A stretch of DNA of 64,000 nucleotides from Betaproteobacteria bacterium (GTDB lineage Bacteria > Bacillota > UBA5301 > DYFA01). A program made the translations under genes and the position numbers. The stretch spans positions 75,976 to 139,975 of the forward strand of contig JBLNCL010000003.1 in NCBI GenBank assembly GCA_050260635.1, read 5' to 3'. Shown here piece by piece: positions 52,320-60,613 of the stretch. Numbering within the stretch: position 1 is the stretch's first letter; each line of letters starts with the position of its first letter. Below the pieces are notes generated by a model. The model searched no databases, had not been told where the DNA came from, and saw only the letters and a list, made by a program, of their open reading frames with translations.

Positions 52320-52748
52320 CTAGAGGCCCACCACGGTTTCGGCAATCTCGCCGAAGGACGCCTCCGCCGCCGCCGAATACTTCTCCCATTCGGCCTTGGA
52401 CCAGATTTCCACCCGTGATGACACCCCGATCACCACAACATCTTTCTCCAACCCCGCATATGCCCGCAGATTGGCCGGCAGTATGATTCGGCCCTGTTTA
52501 TCCAACTCGCACTCGGTGGCGCCAGACATGAGAGTCCGGACGAAGGCCCTCGCCTCGGTTTTCCCTAAGGGAAGGGTCTGGAGCTTCTCCTCCACCAACT
52601 TCCCCCACTCGCCCAGCGGGTAGACGAAGAGACAGCGATCCAGGCCCCTGGTGACCACGAACCTTAGCCCCAGCTCTTCCCGGAACCTAGCGGGAATGAT
52701 GAGACGGCCCTTGTCGTCCACGCTATGCTCGTACTCGCCCATGAACAT
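52320..52748 (-). CDS. mraZ: Transcriptional regulator MraZ
   Basis: [15 protein letters not shown] and LDKQGRI motifs. Confidence 0.96.
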   Translation of the reverse strand: MFMGEYEHSVDDKGRLIIPARFREELGLRFVVTRGLDRCLFVYPLGEWGKLVEEKLQTLPLGKTEARAFVRTLMSGATECELDKQGRIILPANLRAYAGLEKDVVVIGVSSRVEIWSKAEWEKYSAAAEASFGEIAETVVGL

Positions 52749-52760
52749 CGTCCGTCTCAC

Positions 52761-52788
52761 CTCCACTTTCCACCACTTCTCTCCACTT
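52761..52788 (-). promoter_or_regulatory. MraZ operator (three GTGG(A/T)G boxes)
   Basis: AAGTGGAG-AG-AAGTGGTG-GA-AAGTGGAG with a 10-nt period just upstream of mraZ. Confidence 0.8.
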
Positions 52789-52846
52789 CGCCGTTATCTT
52801 TCGCCCCTCTCTCCCCATTTCCTTCTTTTCCCCGGCTCCCAACAGG

Positions 52847-52889
52847 AAAAAAATCGGAGGCGGCCTCGAACCAGTCTCGAGGCCGCCCC
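52847..52889 (-). terminator. Intrinsic terminator upstream of the dcw cluster
   Basis: GGCGGCCTCGA-loop-TCGAGGCCGCC followed by TCCGATTTTTT. Confidence 0.7.
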
Positions 52890-52929
52890 TTCCGCTCGCC
52901 GTCGTTGCTGCGCTTATTCTACCAGCCCG

Positions 52930-53346
52930 CTATCGTTCGCTCTGCTTCCCCTCCTGGTTTCCCGTTGAGGCCTGCGCTTTGGCGCCCTGGACAATCGCCC
53001 GAAGCACCAGGGTGTACGCCACCAACATGGAAACGATGAGTCCCTCCCACCAAAACAGACGGGGTGATCCTTCCCAGCGAACCGCCACGTACCCGGCCGC
53101 CGCCGCAAACAGCCCGGAAGCCAGAAGCTCCCGGAAGACGACGAGCCGATAGATGGCTGCCAGCGGGGTACCTGCCACCCCCTTGGCCGCCCGGCGGGCC
53201 CGCTCTGCCGAAATCAAATGAATCACCACTGGCATGACCGCCAGTCCGATCGCCAGATTGACCCGGAAGAGCAGGGCCAGCAAAGCGAAGAAGACGGTCC
53301 CGCCAAAGTAGACGACCCTGAGGCGCCGTTCGGCCTCTTGATTCAT
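52930..53346 (-). CDS. Hypothetical 4-TM membrane protein
   Basis: Hydrophobic ORF, overlapped ATGA with the upstream gene. Confidence 0.65.
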   Translation of the reverse strand: MNQEAERRLRVVYFGGTVFFALLALLFRVNLAIGLAVMPVVIHLISAERARRAAKGVAGTPLAAIYRLVVFRELLASGLFAAAAGYVAVRWEGSPRLFWWEGLIVSMLVAYTLVLRAIVQGAKAQASTGNQEGKQSER

Positions 53347-53894
53347 CCCCGTCCCCCCGTTCCCGTGCTGCGGCCCTCACCCCGCCGTGAGCGCTTCACC
53401 TGTGACTCACCGTTGTGGTGCAACTCCCTCACCCATTCGCGCAGGATGCGCTGCGGAAAATACAGAAGCAGTCTGGCCGGGTTGAAGACCCGCAACAGCA
53501 GGTAGTGGCAGTATAGCTCCGGGCCGAACAGCCAGGACTTGCCCGTCATCCGTTGACGGTGAAGCCCCACCTGATGAAACAAGGCCTGCCCGAGGCGGAG
53601 CCGGCTCAACAGGTAGCCGGTCCAGCGGTCCAGACGGCTGGGCTGAGTGCCCAGGATCGGTTCAAGATAAAGCTCAACCAGGGCGTGGCGTCCGTCCCGG
53701 TTGGAGTAGACGCCCATCCAGCGGGTTCGATCGGTCGCCCGCCCGGTGCGGCAGTCAAGCAGGGCCACCTGGTAAAGTCCAGTCAAGTCGCTCGCCGGGA
53801 CATCGGCCAAGAGCCAGGCGACCATCTCCTCGACGGCGAAGCCGTAGTCCCGGCTGGTCAGGTTTCGGATCTCGATCCCACCAAAGCGGCGCAT
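53343..53894 (-). CDS. Hypothetical protein with degenerate zincin-like motif
   Basis: ATG 53894 after GGAGGGAG; GVYS...VELY...LFHQVGLH. Confidence 0.55.
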   Translation of the reverse strand: MRRFGGIEIRNLTSRDYGFAVEEMVAWLLADVPASDLTGLYQVALLDCRTGRATDRTRWMGVYSNRDGRHALVELYLEPILGTQPSRLDRWTGYLLSRLRLGQALFHQVGLHRQRMTGKSWLFGPELYCHYLLLRVFNPARLLLYFPQRILREWVRELHHNGESQVKRSRRGEGRSTGTGGRG

Positions 53895-53916
53895 CCGGTC
53901 TCCCTCCCCGCTTCCG

Positions 53917-55074
53917 TTATCGGCAGGATCGTTCACCGGTATAGCCCCCTCTCTGGCCGCTCCGTCCGGCCACTTCCAGGGTGAACGGCACGCCCTGCTG
54001 ACGAAGACGAGACTGGCAGATGGCAATCGCCGCCGTGCTGTCGTCCACCATGACCCATGGCCGGCCCAGCCTAGCCGCCACGACCCCGGTTGTCCCGGAG
54101 CCGGCATAGAAATCGCCCACTAAATCCCCCGGCCGGCTTGACGCCTGGATAATCCGTTCCAGCAGGCGCTCCGGTTTCTGCGTCGGATACCCGCAGCGTT
54201 CCCGCCCCGCCTCGGCGATCCCGCGGATATCCTCCCACAAGTTATCCACGGCGTAACGCTTGACGAAGCCCCGCCCCCGTGGTTCCAGGTAGTACTTGAC
54301 GCGGATAGTGCCGCGGGTCGTGCCCACCCGGCCGTCCGCCATGATCAGCTTTCCCCCTCGGGTCACATGCACCCGCCCCTCTCTCGCCAAGGCCAGTAGG
54401 GCGGCATCCGAATACGTCCCCCGGTGAGAGGTGGAGAAAAAGCCCCGCTCGTCGCGGCAGTACCGGCGTTCTGCTTCCTCCCGGCTGATCACCCTCTCCT
54501 CGACAATTGGGTTCCAAACCCCGCCCCCCGGCGACCTGGTGTAGCAGAGGAGATACTCGACGTTATTGCCAAAGTACCGGGCGGAGGCTTTCCTCCCCCG
54601 AGCCACCTCTCGGCGCCAGACAACGACGTTCTGGCAGCACTTTCGCCCGAATATCTCATCCATCAGCACCTGGACGTAATGACAGGTCCGCCGGTCAAGG
54701 TGGATCCAAACCGTTCCCTCCAGCGATAACAATTCCCGCAGCAATTGGAGCCGCGGGTAAATCGCCCTGAGATACTCGCCCAGCCCGGCCTCCCCCCAAG
54801 TGTCGCGGTACGCTGGCTCGACCCCGCCGGAGCGACGAAGGGCGAACTCGCTCTCCGTGCCATACGGCGGATCCAGGTAGATGAGAGTGAACCGGCCGGC
54901 GTAACCCTCCGCCAGAAGCCCAGCCATGGCCAGCAGGTTGTCCCCGGTGATAAGGCGTCCGCCGGAGCCAGAGCCGCCGTCGAACGTCTCACGCACGGTC
55001 AGCCGCACACCTTCCGGCCGGCGGCAGGCCCTTTTCCCTCTCCACTTAAGGCGCACGTCCTCACTGCCCGGCAC
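53917..55074 (-). CDS. Orphan beta-class N6A/N4C DNA methyltransferase (Mod/YhdJ-like)
   Basis: GDNL, IYLDPPY, YPTQKPERLLERII and DFYAGSGTT motifs. Confidence 0.9.
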   Translation of the reverse strand: MPGSEDVRLKWRGKRACRRPEGVRLTVRETFDGGSGSGGRLITGDNLLAMAGLLAEGYAGRFTLIYLDPPYGTESEFALRRSGGVEPAYRDTWGEAGLGEYLRAIYPRLQLLRELLSLEGTVWIHLDRRTCHYVQVLMDEIFGRKCCQNVVVWRREVARGRKASARYFGNNVEYLLCYTRSPGGGVWNPIVEERVISREEAERRYCRDERGFFSTSHRGTYSDAALLALAREGRVHVTRGGKLIMADGRVGTTRGTIRVKYYLEPRGRGFVKRYAVDNLWEDIRGIAEAGRERCGYPTQKPERLLERIIQASSRPGDLVGDFYAGSGTTGVVAARLGRPWVMVDDSTAAIAICQSRLRQQGVPFTLEVAGRSGQRGGYTGERSCR

Positions 55075-55097
55075 TGCCAGTTCCCTCCGCCAAGAGC

Positions 55098-55122
55098 ATT
55101 CGTCTGCGCTACTCCAAATCCT
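55098..55122 (-). promoter_or_regulatory. sigH-like promoter of the methyltransferase operon
   Basis: GAAGGATTT-N14-GAAT. Confidence 0.55.
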
Positions 55123-55242
55123 TCCTTCTGGGACTTTCGCCCTTTGTGAAACCAGCCCGGCCCAGCGGATTAGGGATGGTCGTACAATGAATCAGCCGGG
55201 TGCCTTGGAGGGCGCGCCCGACTGAATGAAGGAGGGATCGCC

Positions 55243-55443
55243 GTGACTCAATCCAACCCCCAGGGAAACGAGCCGACCCTGGCCGCCCAGTTTCCCAAGA
55301 CCTACTCCCTGTTCAAATCGCTTTCCCTGCCCAAGGAGCTTACGGAAGGACTGCGCAACGCCGCTCCGCCAGACCCCAAGACCATGCAATCCATCATGGC
55401 CTTGGCCCAGATGATCGAGAAGGCGCTAAGCAATTCGAAGTGA
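55243..55443 (+). CDS. Small hypothetical protein (66 aa)
   Basis: Strong AAGGAGG RBS, GC3-rich codons, fills an intergenic gap. Confidence 0.6.
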   Translation: MTQSNPQGNEPTLAAQFPKTYSLFKSLSLPKELTEGLRNAAPPDPKTMQSIMALAQMIEKALSNSK

Positions 55444-55533
55444 GCCGGGCAGTTCAAAGGCTGTCCCGAGAGTGATTTGGGGCAGTCTTGCTTGATCTCA
55501 CGAGTCGACGCCAAGATGGCGCCGCTCTCTTTG

Positions 55534-55573
55534 TCTGACTAATATTGACCTTTTTACCTTTGTGCCGTATAGT
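55534..55573 (+). promoter_or_regulatory. sigA promoter of hsp20 with an overlapping CtsR-like box
   Basis: TTGACC-N17-TATAGT; TCTGACT-AAT-ATTGACC reverse heptad repeat over the -35. Confidence 0.6.
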
Positions 55574-55612
55574 GGAGGTAGAGTCAGACTAGAATAGCGT
55601 AACGGAGGTCGA

Positions 55613-56035
55613 TTGCTTATGCGCCATCTGGCTCTCTTCCCCCCAGACTGGGGCATGGCCCGGCAATGGAGCGACTTCTTTGACGGCTGGCCGTTCCCGG
55701 CGTTCAACCGGCTGATGGCCACCGACGTCCGGGAAACGGAAGGGGAGTACCACCTGACCATGGACCTGCCCGGCGTAAACAAGCAGGATGTGCAAATCGA
55801 GGTGAAGGACAACGTGCTGCACGTGGTGGCCGAACGACGAGCTGAGACTGATACCTCGGCCAAAGACGGCAGCTACCTCTACCGGGAACGCCACTATGGG
55901 CGGCAGGAACGCTCCTTCACCCTCCCAGGCGGCGTAGATCCCGAGGGAATCAAGGCCACCTTCGACCGGGGGCAGCTGGAGATCATCCTTCCTAAGAAGA
56001 ACCGGCATCCTGGTCGGCGGATCGAGATTCAGTAG
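55613..56035 (+). CDS. Hsp20 small heat-shock protein
   Basis: DVRE...DLPGV...RERHYGRQERSFTLP...ATFDRGQLEIILPK. Confidence 0.92.
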   Translation: MLMRHLALFPPDWGMARQWSDFFDGWPFPAFNRLMATDVRETEGEYHLTMDLPGVNKQDVQIEVKDNVLHVVAERRAETDTSAKDGSYLYRERHYGRQERSFTLPGGVDPEGIKATFDRGQLEIILPKKNRHPGRRIEIQ

Positions 56036-56160
56036 CATCAACGTCGTCGGCGGACCTTGAATCACGGGGCTGTCCCGAATCGCTTGCGGGCAGCCCCTGT
56101 CAATTCCTGTCCGGCAGGGACACGGCCGTCCCCGGCGAACAACCGGACCATACAAGGAGG

Positions 56161-57129
56161 ATGCCGATGAAGTCGATCGGACAGGTTCGACGGGCTCTGC
56201 CTCAAGAATTCCTGGACCGCCTGGGCGAGTTCTTCCCGCCCCCGGTCCAGGAGGAAATCCTCGCTGGTTTCGGGGCGGAGCGCCCGACCACCCTCCGGGC
56301 CAACACCCTAAGAACCGACGTCCGGGCATTGATGCGAGAACTTGCGGCCGGGGGAGTCAAGTTCGAGCGAGTCCTCTGGTACCCCGAGGCGCTCATCATC
56401 AAGAACCGGCGGGAGAAGGATCTCGGGTCGCTTCCGGCCTACCGTGAGGGCCGCCTCTACCTGCAGAGCCTCTCAAGTATGGTGCCGGTGCTCGTCCTCG
56501 GACCCCTGCCCGGGGAGCGGGTTCTGGACGTGGCTGCGGCGCCGGGCAGCAAGACTACCCAGCTCGCCATGTTGATGCAGGATTACGGGTACATCCTGGC
56601 CAACGACTCCAACCCTGTCCGTCTGGAGCGCCTCAAGTACAACCTGCGCCTCCAGGGCGTCACGATTGCGGAAGCGGTTCTCTCCGACGGCCGTTCGCTC
56701 GGCCGGTGCCATCCGGAGGCTTTCGACCGGGTCCTCCTGGACGCTCCTTGCAGTGGCGAAGGCCTCTTTTCCGCGTCTGACCCTGCCACTTTCCGCCACT
56801 GGTCTCCAGCCCGCATCCGGAAGTTTGCCTCGCTCCAGCGCGCCCTCTTCACGAGCGCTTTCGAGACCCTGCGCCCCGGCGGGGTGCTGGTCTACTCCAC
56901 CTGCACCCTGGCCCCGGAGGAGGACGAACTCCTCGTGGACTGGGCCCTTTCGGCCTTCGCGGGCCGCCTGAAGACAGAACCACCTCCGCTGCGGGTCCCA
57001 GGGGCTGTTCCCGCGCTCACCCGGTTCGACGGCAGGGACCTGACCCCGGGCGTCGTCCAGGCCTTTCGCTTGCTCCCGAGCCACCTGTTCGAAGGCTTCT
57101 TCGTTTGCCGCTTCGTCAAGACGCGTTGA
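56161..57129 (+). CDS. RsmB/RsmF/NOP2 RNA m5C methyltransferase
   Basis: LDVAAAPGSKT, DAPCSGEG and YSTCT motifs. Confidence 0.9.
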   Translation: MPMKSIGQVRRALPQEFLDRLGEFFPPPVQEEILAGFGAERPTTLRANTLRTDVRALMRELAAGGVKFERVLWYPEALIIKNRREKDLGSLPAYREGRLYLQSLSSMVPVLVLGPLPGERVLDVAAAPGSKTTQLAMLMQDYGYILANDSNPVRLERLKYNLRLQGVTIAEAVLSDGRSLGRCHPEAFDRVLLDAPCSGEGLFSASDPATFRHWSPARIRKFASLQRALFTSAFETLRPGGVLVYSTCTLAPEEDELLVDWALSAFAGRLKTEPPPLRVPGAVPALTRFDGRDLTPGVVQAFRLLPSHLFEGFFVCRFVKTR

Positions 57130-57853
57130 AGGTACCCGATACCCCGCCCGGATGGCTCTGGTGCGACGAGGCGCCCATGCTGCCGAGGAGACCGTCGATG
57201 GCCAAGAGCCACGCCAAGCACGCCTCGACATAAAGGCAGGTCAATCCCGCCTTGTGGAGAGCGGGGTAGTTTTCGGCTTTGCTGAACAGCACCATTGCGA
57301 AACCGGCGAGCACCGCTACGAACTGCAGCCGGGAGATGGTGTGGGGCCGGAAATTGGCGGCGCCCATCACCAGGGCCAACAGGCGGGTTTTGGTGTCCTT
57401 GAACCTGAGGCGTGAGACCTTGATCCGGTCGGTGATGGTCACCAGAATTTGAGGCATGACCATCATGAGTATTATGCTGGTCTCAAGCAAGCCGTTGATT
57501 AGGGCCAGGATACCCATCCAGCCGCCGAGCAGCCAGTCGGAAAAGTGGTCCAGGTAGGCCCCGGTGCGGGAAGTCTGCTTCCTGGAACGGGCCAGCATGC
57601 CATCGATCGTGTCGGTGAGGGCAGCAGCGATGAGAACGTTGCTTTGCGCTGTGAGCGGTTGGCCGGTCAGGAACAGCGTTATCGCTACGCCCACCAAAAC
57701 TATCCTGAGCGACGTGATGTGGTTGGGGTGGACCCAACGGGGTATGACGGCTGCCACGACGCGACCGAGGGTTCGATCCCTCAGGTCCTCTTCCAGCGAG
57801 GTCAACCGTTCCCAGATTTGAGGGCGAACGCTCCTTCCGGCCAAGCAGAACAC
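57116..57853 (-). CDS. CDP-alcohol phosphatidyltransferase
   Basis: PNHITSLR and DTIDGMLAR......TGAYLDHFSD motif; start uncertain. Confidence 0.85.
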   Translation of the reverse strand: MFCLAGRSVRPQIWERLTSLEEDLRDRTLGRVVAAVIPRWVHPNHITSLRIVLVGVAITLFLTGQPLTAQSNVLIAAALTDTIDGMLARSRKQTSRTGAYLDHFSDWLLGGWMGILALINGLLETSIILMMVMPQILVTITDRIKVSRLRFKDTKTRLLALVMGAANFRPHTISRLQFVAVLAGFAMVLFSKAENYPALHKAGLTCLYVEACLAWLLAIDGLLGSMGASSHQSHPGGVSGTFNAS

Positions 57854-57959
57854 CCCGCGTCGAAGCCCTAGGTCATTCCCCTGGATTCTTCACCTTCCAC
57901 CTGGATCCTCCCTTCCTTTTAGGCAGTGAACGTTGACCGCCCGCCCGTGGCGGACCCAC

Positions 57960-57990
57960 AAGAAAAGGGCCACAGCCTCTGTGACCCCTT
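57960..57990 (-). terminator. Displaced native rnpB terminator
   Basis: GGGTCACAG-AGG-CTGTGGCCC-TTTTCTT immediately after the duplicated rnpB 3' end. Confidence 0.75.
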
Positions 57991-57999
57991 CTGTGAAAA

Positions 58000-58028
58000 T
58001 GAGCAACCAGGTCTGTAAGCCGAGTTCT
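58000..58028 (+). repeat. att direct repeat, left copy (duplicated rnpB 3' end)
   Basis: TGAGCAACCAGGTCTGTAAGCCGAGTTCT, identical to 63877-63905; extends to 34 bp with one mismatch. Confidence 0.92.
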
Positions 58029-58111
58029 CCACCCGGGGTGGCAGAAGGTCTAAATGCCCATGCAGAGCGGGTTTTCAGACCCCCTACGCATATAAGGGGT
58101 GTTATAGACCT

Positions 58112-59011
58112 ATGCAGATCGAGAAGGTCGTCGCCGAATTCCTCTTCCACCTCAAGGTCGAGAAGGCCGCCTCTCCCCTCACCCTCAAAGCCTACCGGGG
58201 AGACCTCAAGCACCTCGTGAGCCTCTGCCAAACCGAAGGCCTGACCTCCATCGACCAGGTGACCACCGCCCACCTCCGCCGCCTCCTGATGCAGCGTCAA
58301 GCAACGCACGCCTACGCCCCGAACACGGTCGGGCGGTTCGTCAACGCCTATCGCTCGTTTTTCCGGTTCTGCCTGGAGCAGGAGTACATCACAAAGAACC
58401 CGATGCTGCCCATCAAGCCGCCCAAACGCACGACGCCCGTTCCCGTCTACATGACTCCAGCCGAAGTCAAGCGGCTCTTGACCGCCGCCGAACGGAAGAA
58501 GGGCCGGGGTTGGATGCGTGACCGCACAGCCATCGAGCTTCTCCTCATGACCGGCGTCCGCCGCAGCGAACTCATCTCCCTTAACTGGGACGATGTGGAC
58601 TTCGGTGCCGGTACGATCACCGTCCGCAAAGCCAAAGGGCGCAAGCAGAGGGTCATCCCGATGCACCCGGTGCTCCGGGAACATCTCTGGGAGTATCTCC
58701 AGACCCGCCTGCCGCTCGGTGAAGAACGAGCCATCGTCGTGGGACTCGAAGGCCACCGGATCGAAACCAACGCTCTCAACCGCCTCTTCCGGCGCAACCT
58801 GCGCCTCGCCGGCCTGGAAGGGAAAGGGTTGACTCTCCACAAGTGCCGCCATACCTTCGCCACGCTGGTGCTCAATTCGGGAACCCCGGTCAACCTCTTC
58901 CAACTGCAAGAGCTCCTCGGACACGCCGACCCGAAATCCACTTCCGTCTACGCCCATGTCGATACCCGTCAACTCGGCGACCTCGTGGCCGCCGTCCGAT
59001 TCGCCGGTTGA
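58112..59011 (+). CDS. Tyrosine recombinase 1 (XerC/D-like)
   Basis: SAM-like N-domain, GVRRSE (R), KGRKQR (K), HKCRH, LGH and SVY. Confidence 0.93.
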   Translation: MQIEKVVAEFLFHLKVEKAASPLTLKAYRGDLKHLVSLCQTEGLTSIDQVTTAHLRRLLMQRQATHAYAPNTVGRFVNAYRSFFRFCLEQEYITKNPMLPIKPPKRTTPVPVYMTPAEVKRLLTAAERKKGRGWMRDRTAIELLLMTGVRRSELISLNWDDVDFGAGTITVRKAKGRKQRVIPMHPVLREHLWEYLQTRLPLGEERAIVVGLEGHRIETNALNRLFRRNLRLAGLEGKGLTLHKCRHTFATLVLNSGTPVNLFQLQELLGHADPKSTSVYAHVDTRQLGDLVAAVRFAG

Positions 59012-59085
59012 CCCCTTCGGGGTGCGTCCTTCGTCCGCCGGGGGATGCGCAGCGCCGGCATCCCCCGTACCCCCTCGGCTATCTC

Positions 59086-59126
59086 CGACGCAAACCCGGC
59101 CCACTTCGGGGTCGGTTTTGTCGTCG
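59086..59126. terminator. Long hairpin / probable terminator after recombinase 1
   Basis: CGACGCAAACCCGGCCC-ACTTCG-GGGTCGGTTTTGTCGTCG. Confidence 0.5.
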
Positions 59127-59262
59127 TCGAGGGGAAAGCATGTTGGGCGGTGTCACCTGCTCACCCGGTTTCCTGGCTGTTGTCGGCGTCCAAGGAGGGC
59201 GGTGCATCAATTTTGCGCACAATGGGCCAGAGCCACTACCTCACCTCGTCTACCCGGGCAGG

Positions 59263-60018
59263 CTACGCCTCCATCGCCTGAATGCCTCTCGGAGTTATCT
59301 TGCAGACCCCATCCCGGTACTCGATAAGCCTCTCTTTGTGCAGGTGGCGCAGTATCTTCCTGAAGCGGGTGGTGTTGCCGTACTCGGTCCATGCCTGCAA
59401 GTCTTTCTCCGAGACCGGGCCGCTTTCGTGATACAGCAGTACGAGAATCTGCTTTCGAGTCGGCATTTTCGGGTCTAGGACCCGCCGAACGTCCCCGTCC
59501 TCGAAAACGAGGGGGAGGCGTCGCTGGACTAACGCATCTACTGTCGCTTGGCATTCGTCCGGCGGTAATGTCGATGTCTGACGGATAAGTTCCGCCATCA
59601 CCCAGTCAACGGCAGACATGATGTATGTGCTGTCCATTACGTTGGGCTGGACCTGGCCGACATGCCCGACTCCACGATTGTTACGAAGGTTATAGATCGA
59701 ACGTAGCACTCTCGGGATGTGAAGCCGGAAGGCTTCGTCTCCGGTCCCTTGCTCGTAGTGCTGCATGGCCCCGTCGTTGAGTGGGGGCAGCTTCTGACTA
59801 GTCGAGACGTACTTCTTGTGCAGTTCAAACTCCAAAATCCGACGCACTGCCTCCACGAAGAAGCCGCCTTCCAGTTCGGACGGCTTAAACTTGCGGAGGT
59901 AATAGTTGCGCTTCAACTCCTCGTAACTGCGCACCGTCTCCCTAACGATGTCATCGGGGTAGCCACGCCCCGTGAGTATCGCCTCGATCTTGCTTTGCAC
60001 CTCATCAACTCCCGGCAA
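59263..60018 (-). CDS. Putative HEPN-like protein with C-terminal winged helix
   Basis: Helical domain with FVEAVRRILE and YNLRNNRGVGH (R-x6-H); C-terminal FRKILRHLHKERLIEY..CKITPRG. Confidence 0.65.
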   Translation of the reverse strand: MPGVDEVQSKIEAILTGRGYPDDIVRETVRSYEELKRNYYLRKFKPSELEGGFFVEAVRRILEFELHKKYVSTSQKLPPLNDGAMQHYEQGTGDEAFRLHIPRVLRSIYNLRNNRGVGHVGQVQPNVMDSTYIMSAVDWVMAELIRQTSTLPPDECQATVDALVQRRLPLVFEDGDVRRVLDPKMPTRKQILVLLYHESGPVSEKDLQAWTEYGNTTRFRKILRHLHKERLIEYRDGVCKITPRGIQAMEA

Positions 60019-60613
60019 TCAGGGAGGCCAGCAACGTCTGTGCCCGTTCCTTCCCCGGCATCGTCAGCTTAACAGTGAAGTTCGGGCTACCCTGTTTACC
60101 CGTACTGAGGAACAGGTCAGTTCGTTTCTTCAGGTGGGCGGCGAAGTTGTTCCCGTCTAAGCATGCGTGGTCCTTGCAAAGTCGGCGTAGTTCGGCTGCC
60201 GCAACATCCGTTCTTCCGTAGAACTCACTTGCCAAGCAGTAGAGCAGGGAGAGGTTGACTTCTTTCTCCGCTTTGTTCTTGCCGGGAATCTTCTTAACGA
60301 TAATCGTAAACGTGTCCGCTTCCGTGTGGATTACCCGATTTACGCTCTCTTTCGGTGCTCCGAACACCGCCACATATTTGTCCTGCTCAGGCTCAGGTGC
60401 AGTGGGCGAGGCTACGGTTCCGATAGGGCCCGTTGAGGCAGCCGGGACAATAGGGGCCTCTACCTGAACATGCCTCACGAGACTCTTGACCTGCACATCG
60501 AAATACTCTCGAATCCACTTCAGGTTCTCGTTCACGAACGACTCGGTACCTTCGAATTCTACTAGGCCCTCCCGGAGATTGATGACGACTCTGGCTTCTG
60601 AAGCGGCTGCCAT
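60005..60613 (-). CDS. Hypothetical protein with C-terminal winged-helix-like domain
   Basis: ATG 60613 after GGGAGG; N-terminal VEFEGTESFV, Pro/Ala linker, C-terminal NFAAHLK...KLTMPGKERA. Confidence 0.65.
   Translation of the reverse strand: MAAASEARVVINLREGLVEFEGTESFVNENLKWIREYFDVQVKSLVRHVQVEAPIVPAASTGPIGTVASPTAPEPEQDKYVAVFGAPKESVNRVIHTEADTFTIIVKKIPGKNKAEKEVNLSLLYCLASEFYGRTDVAAAELRRLCKDHACLDGNNFAAHLKKRTDLFLSTGKQGSPNFTVKLTMPGKERAQTLLASLIAGS

Noticed and set aside
53917-55074. Type III restriction-modification system
   Set aside because: No res helicase/nuclease gene adjacent.
57854-57915. Possible 1-bp frameshift separating a strong RBS/GTG (57900) from the CDP-alcohol transferase
   Set aside because: An alternative in-frame start exists; cannot be distinguished without reads or homologues.
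58112-59011. Housekeeping xerC/xerD assignment
   Set aside because: The gene lies inside att-bounded accessory DNA.
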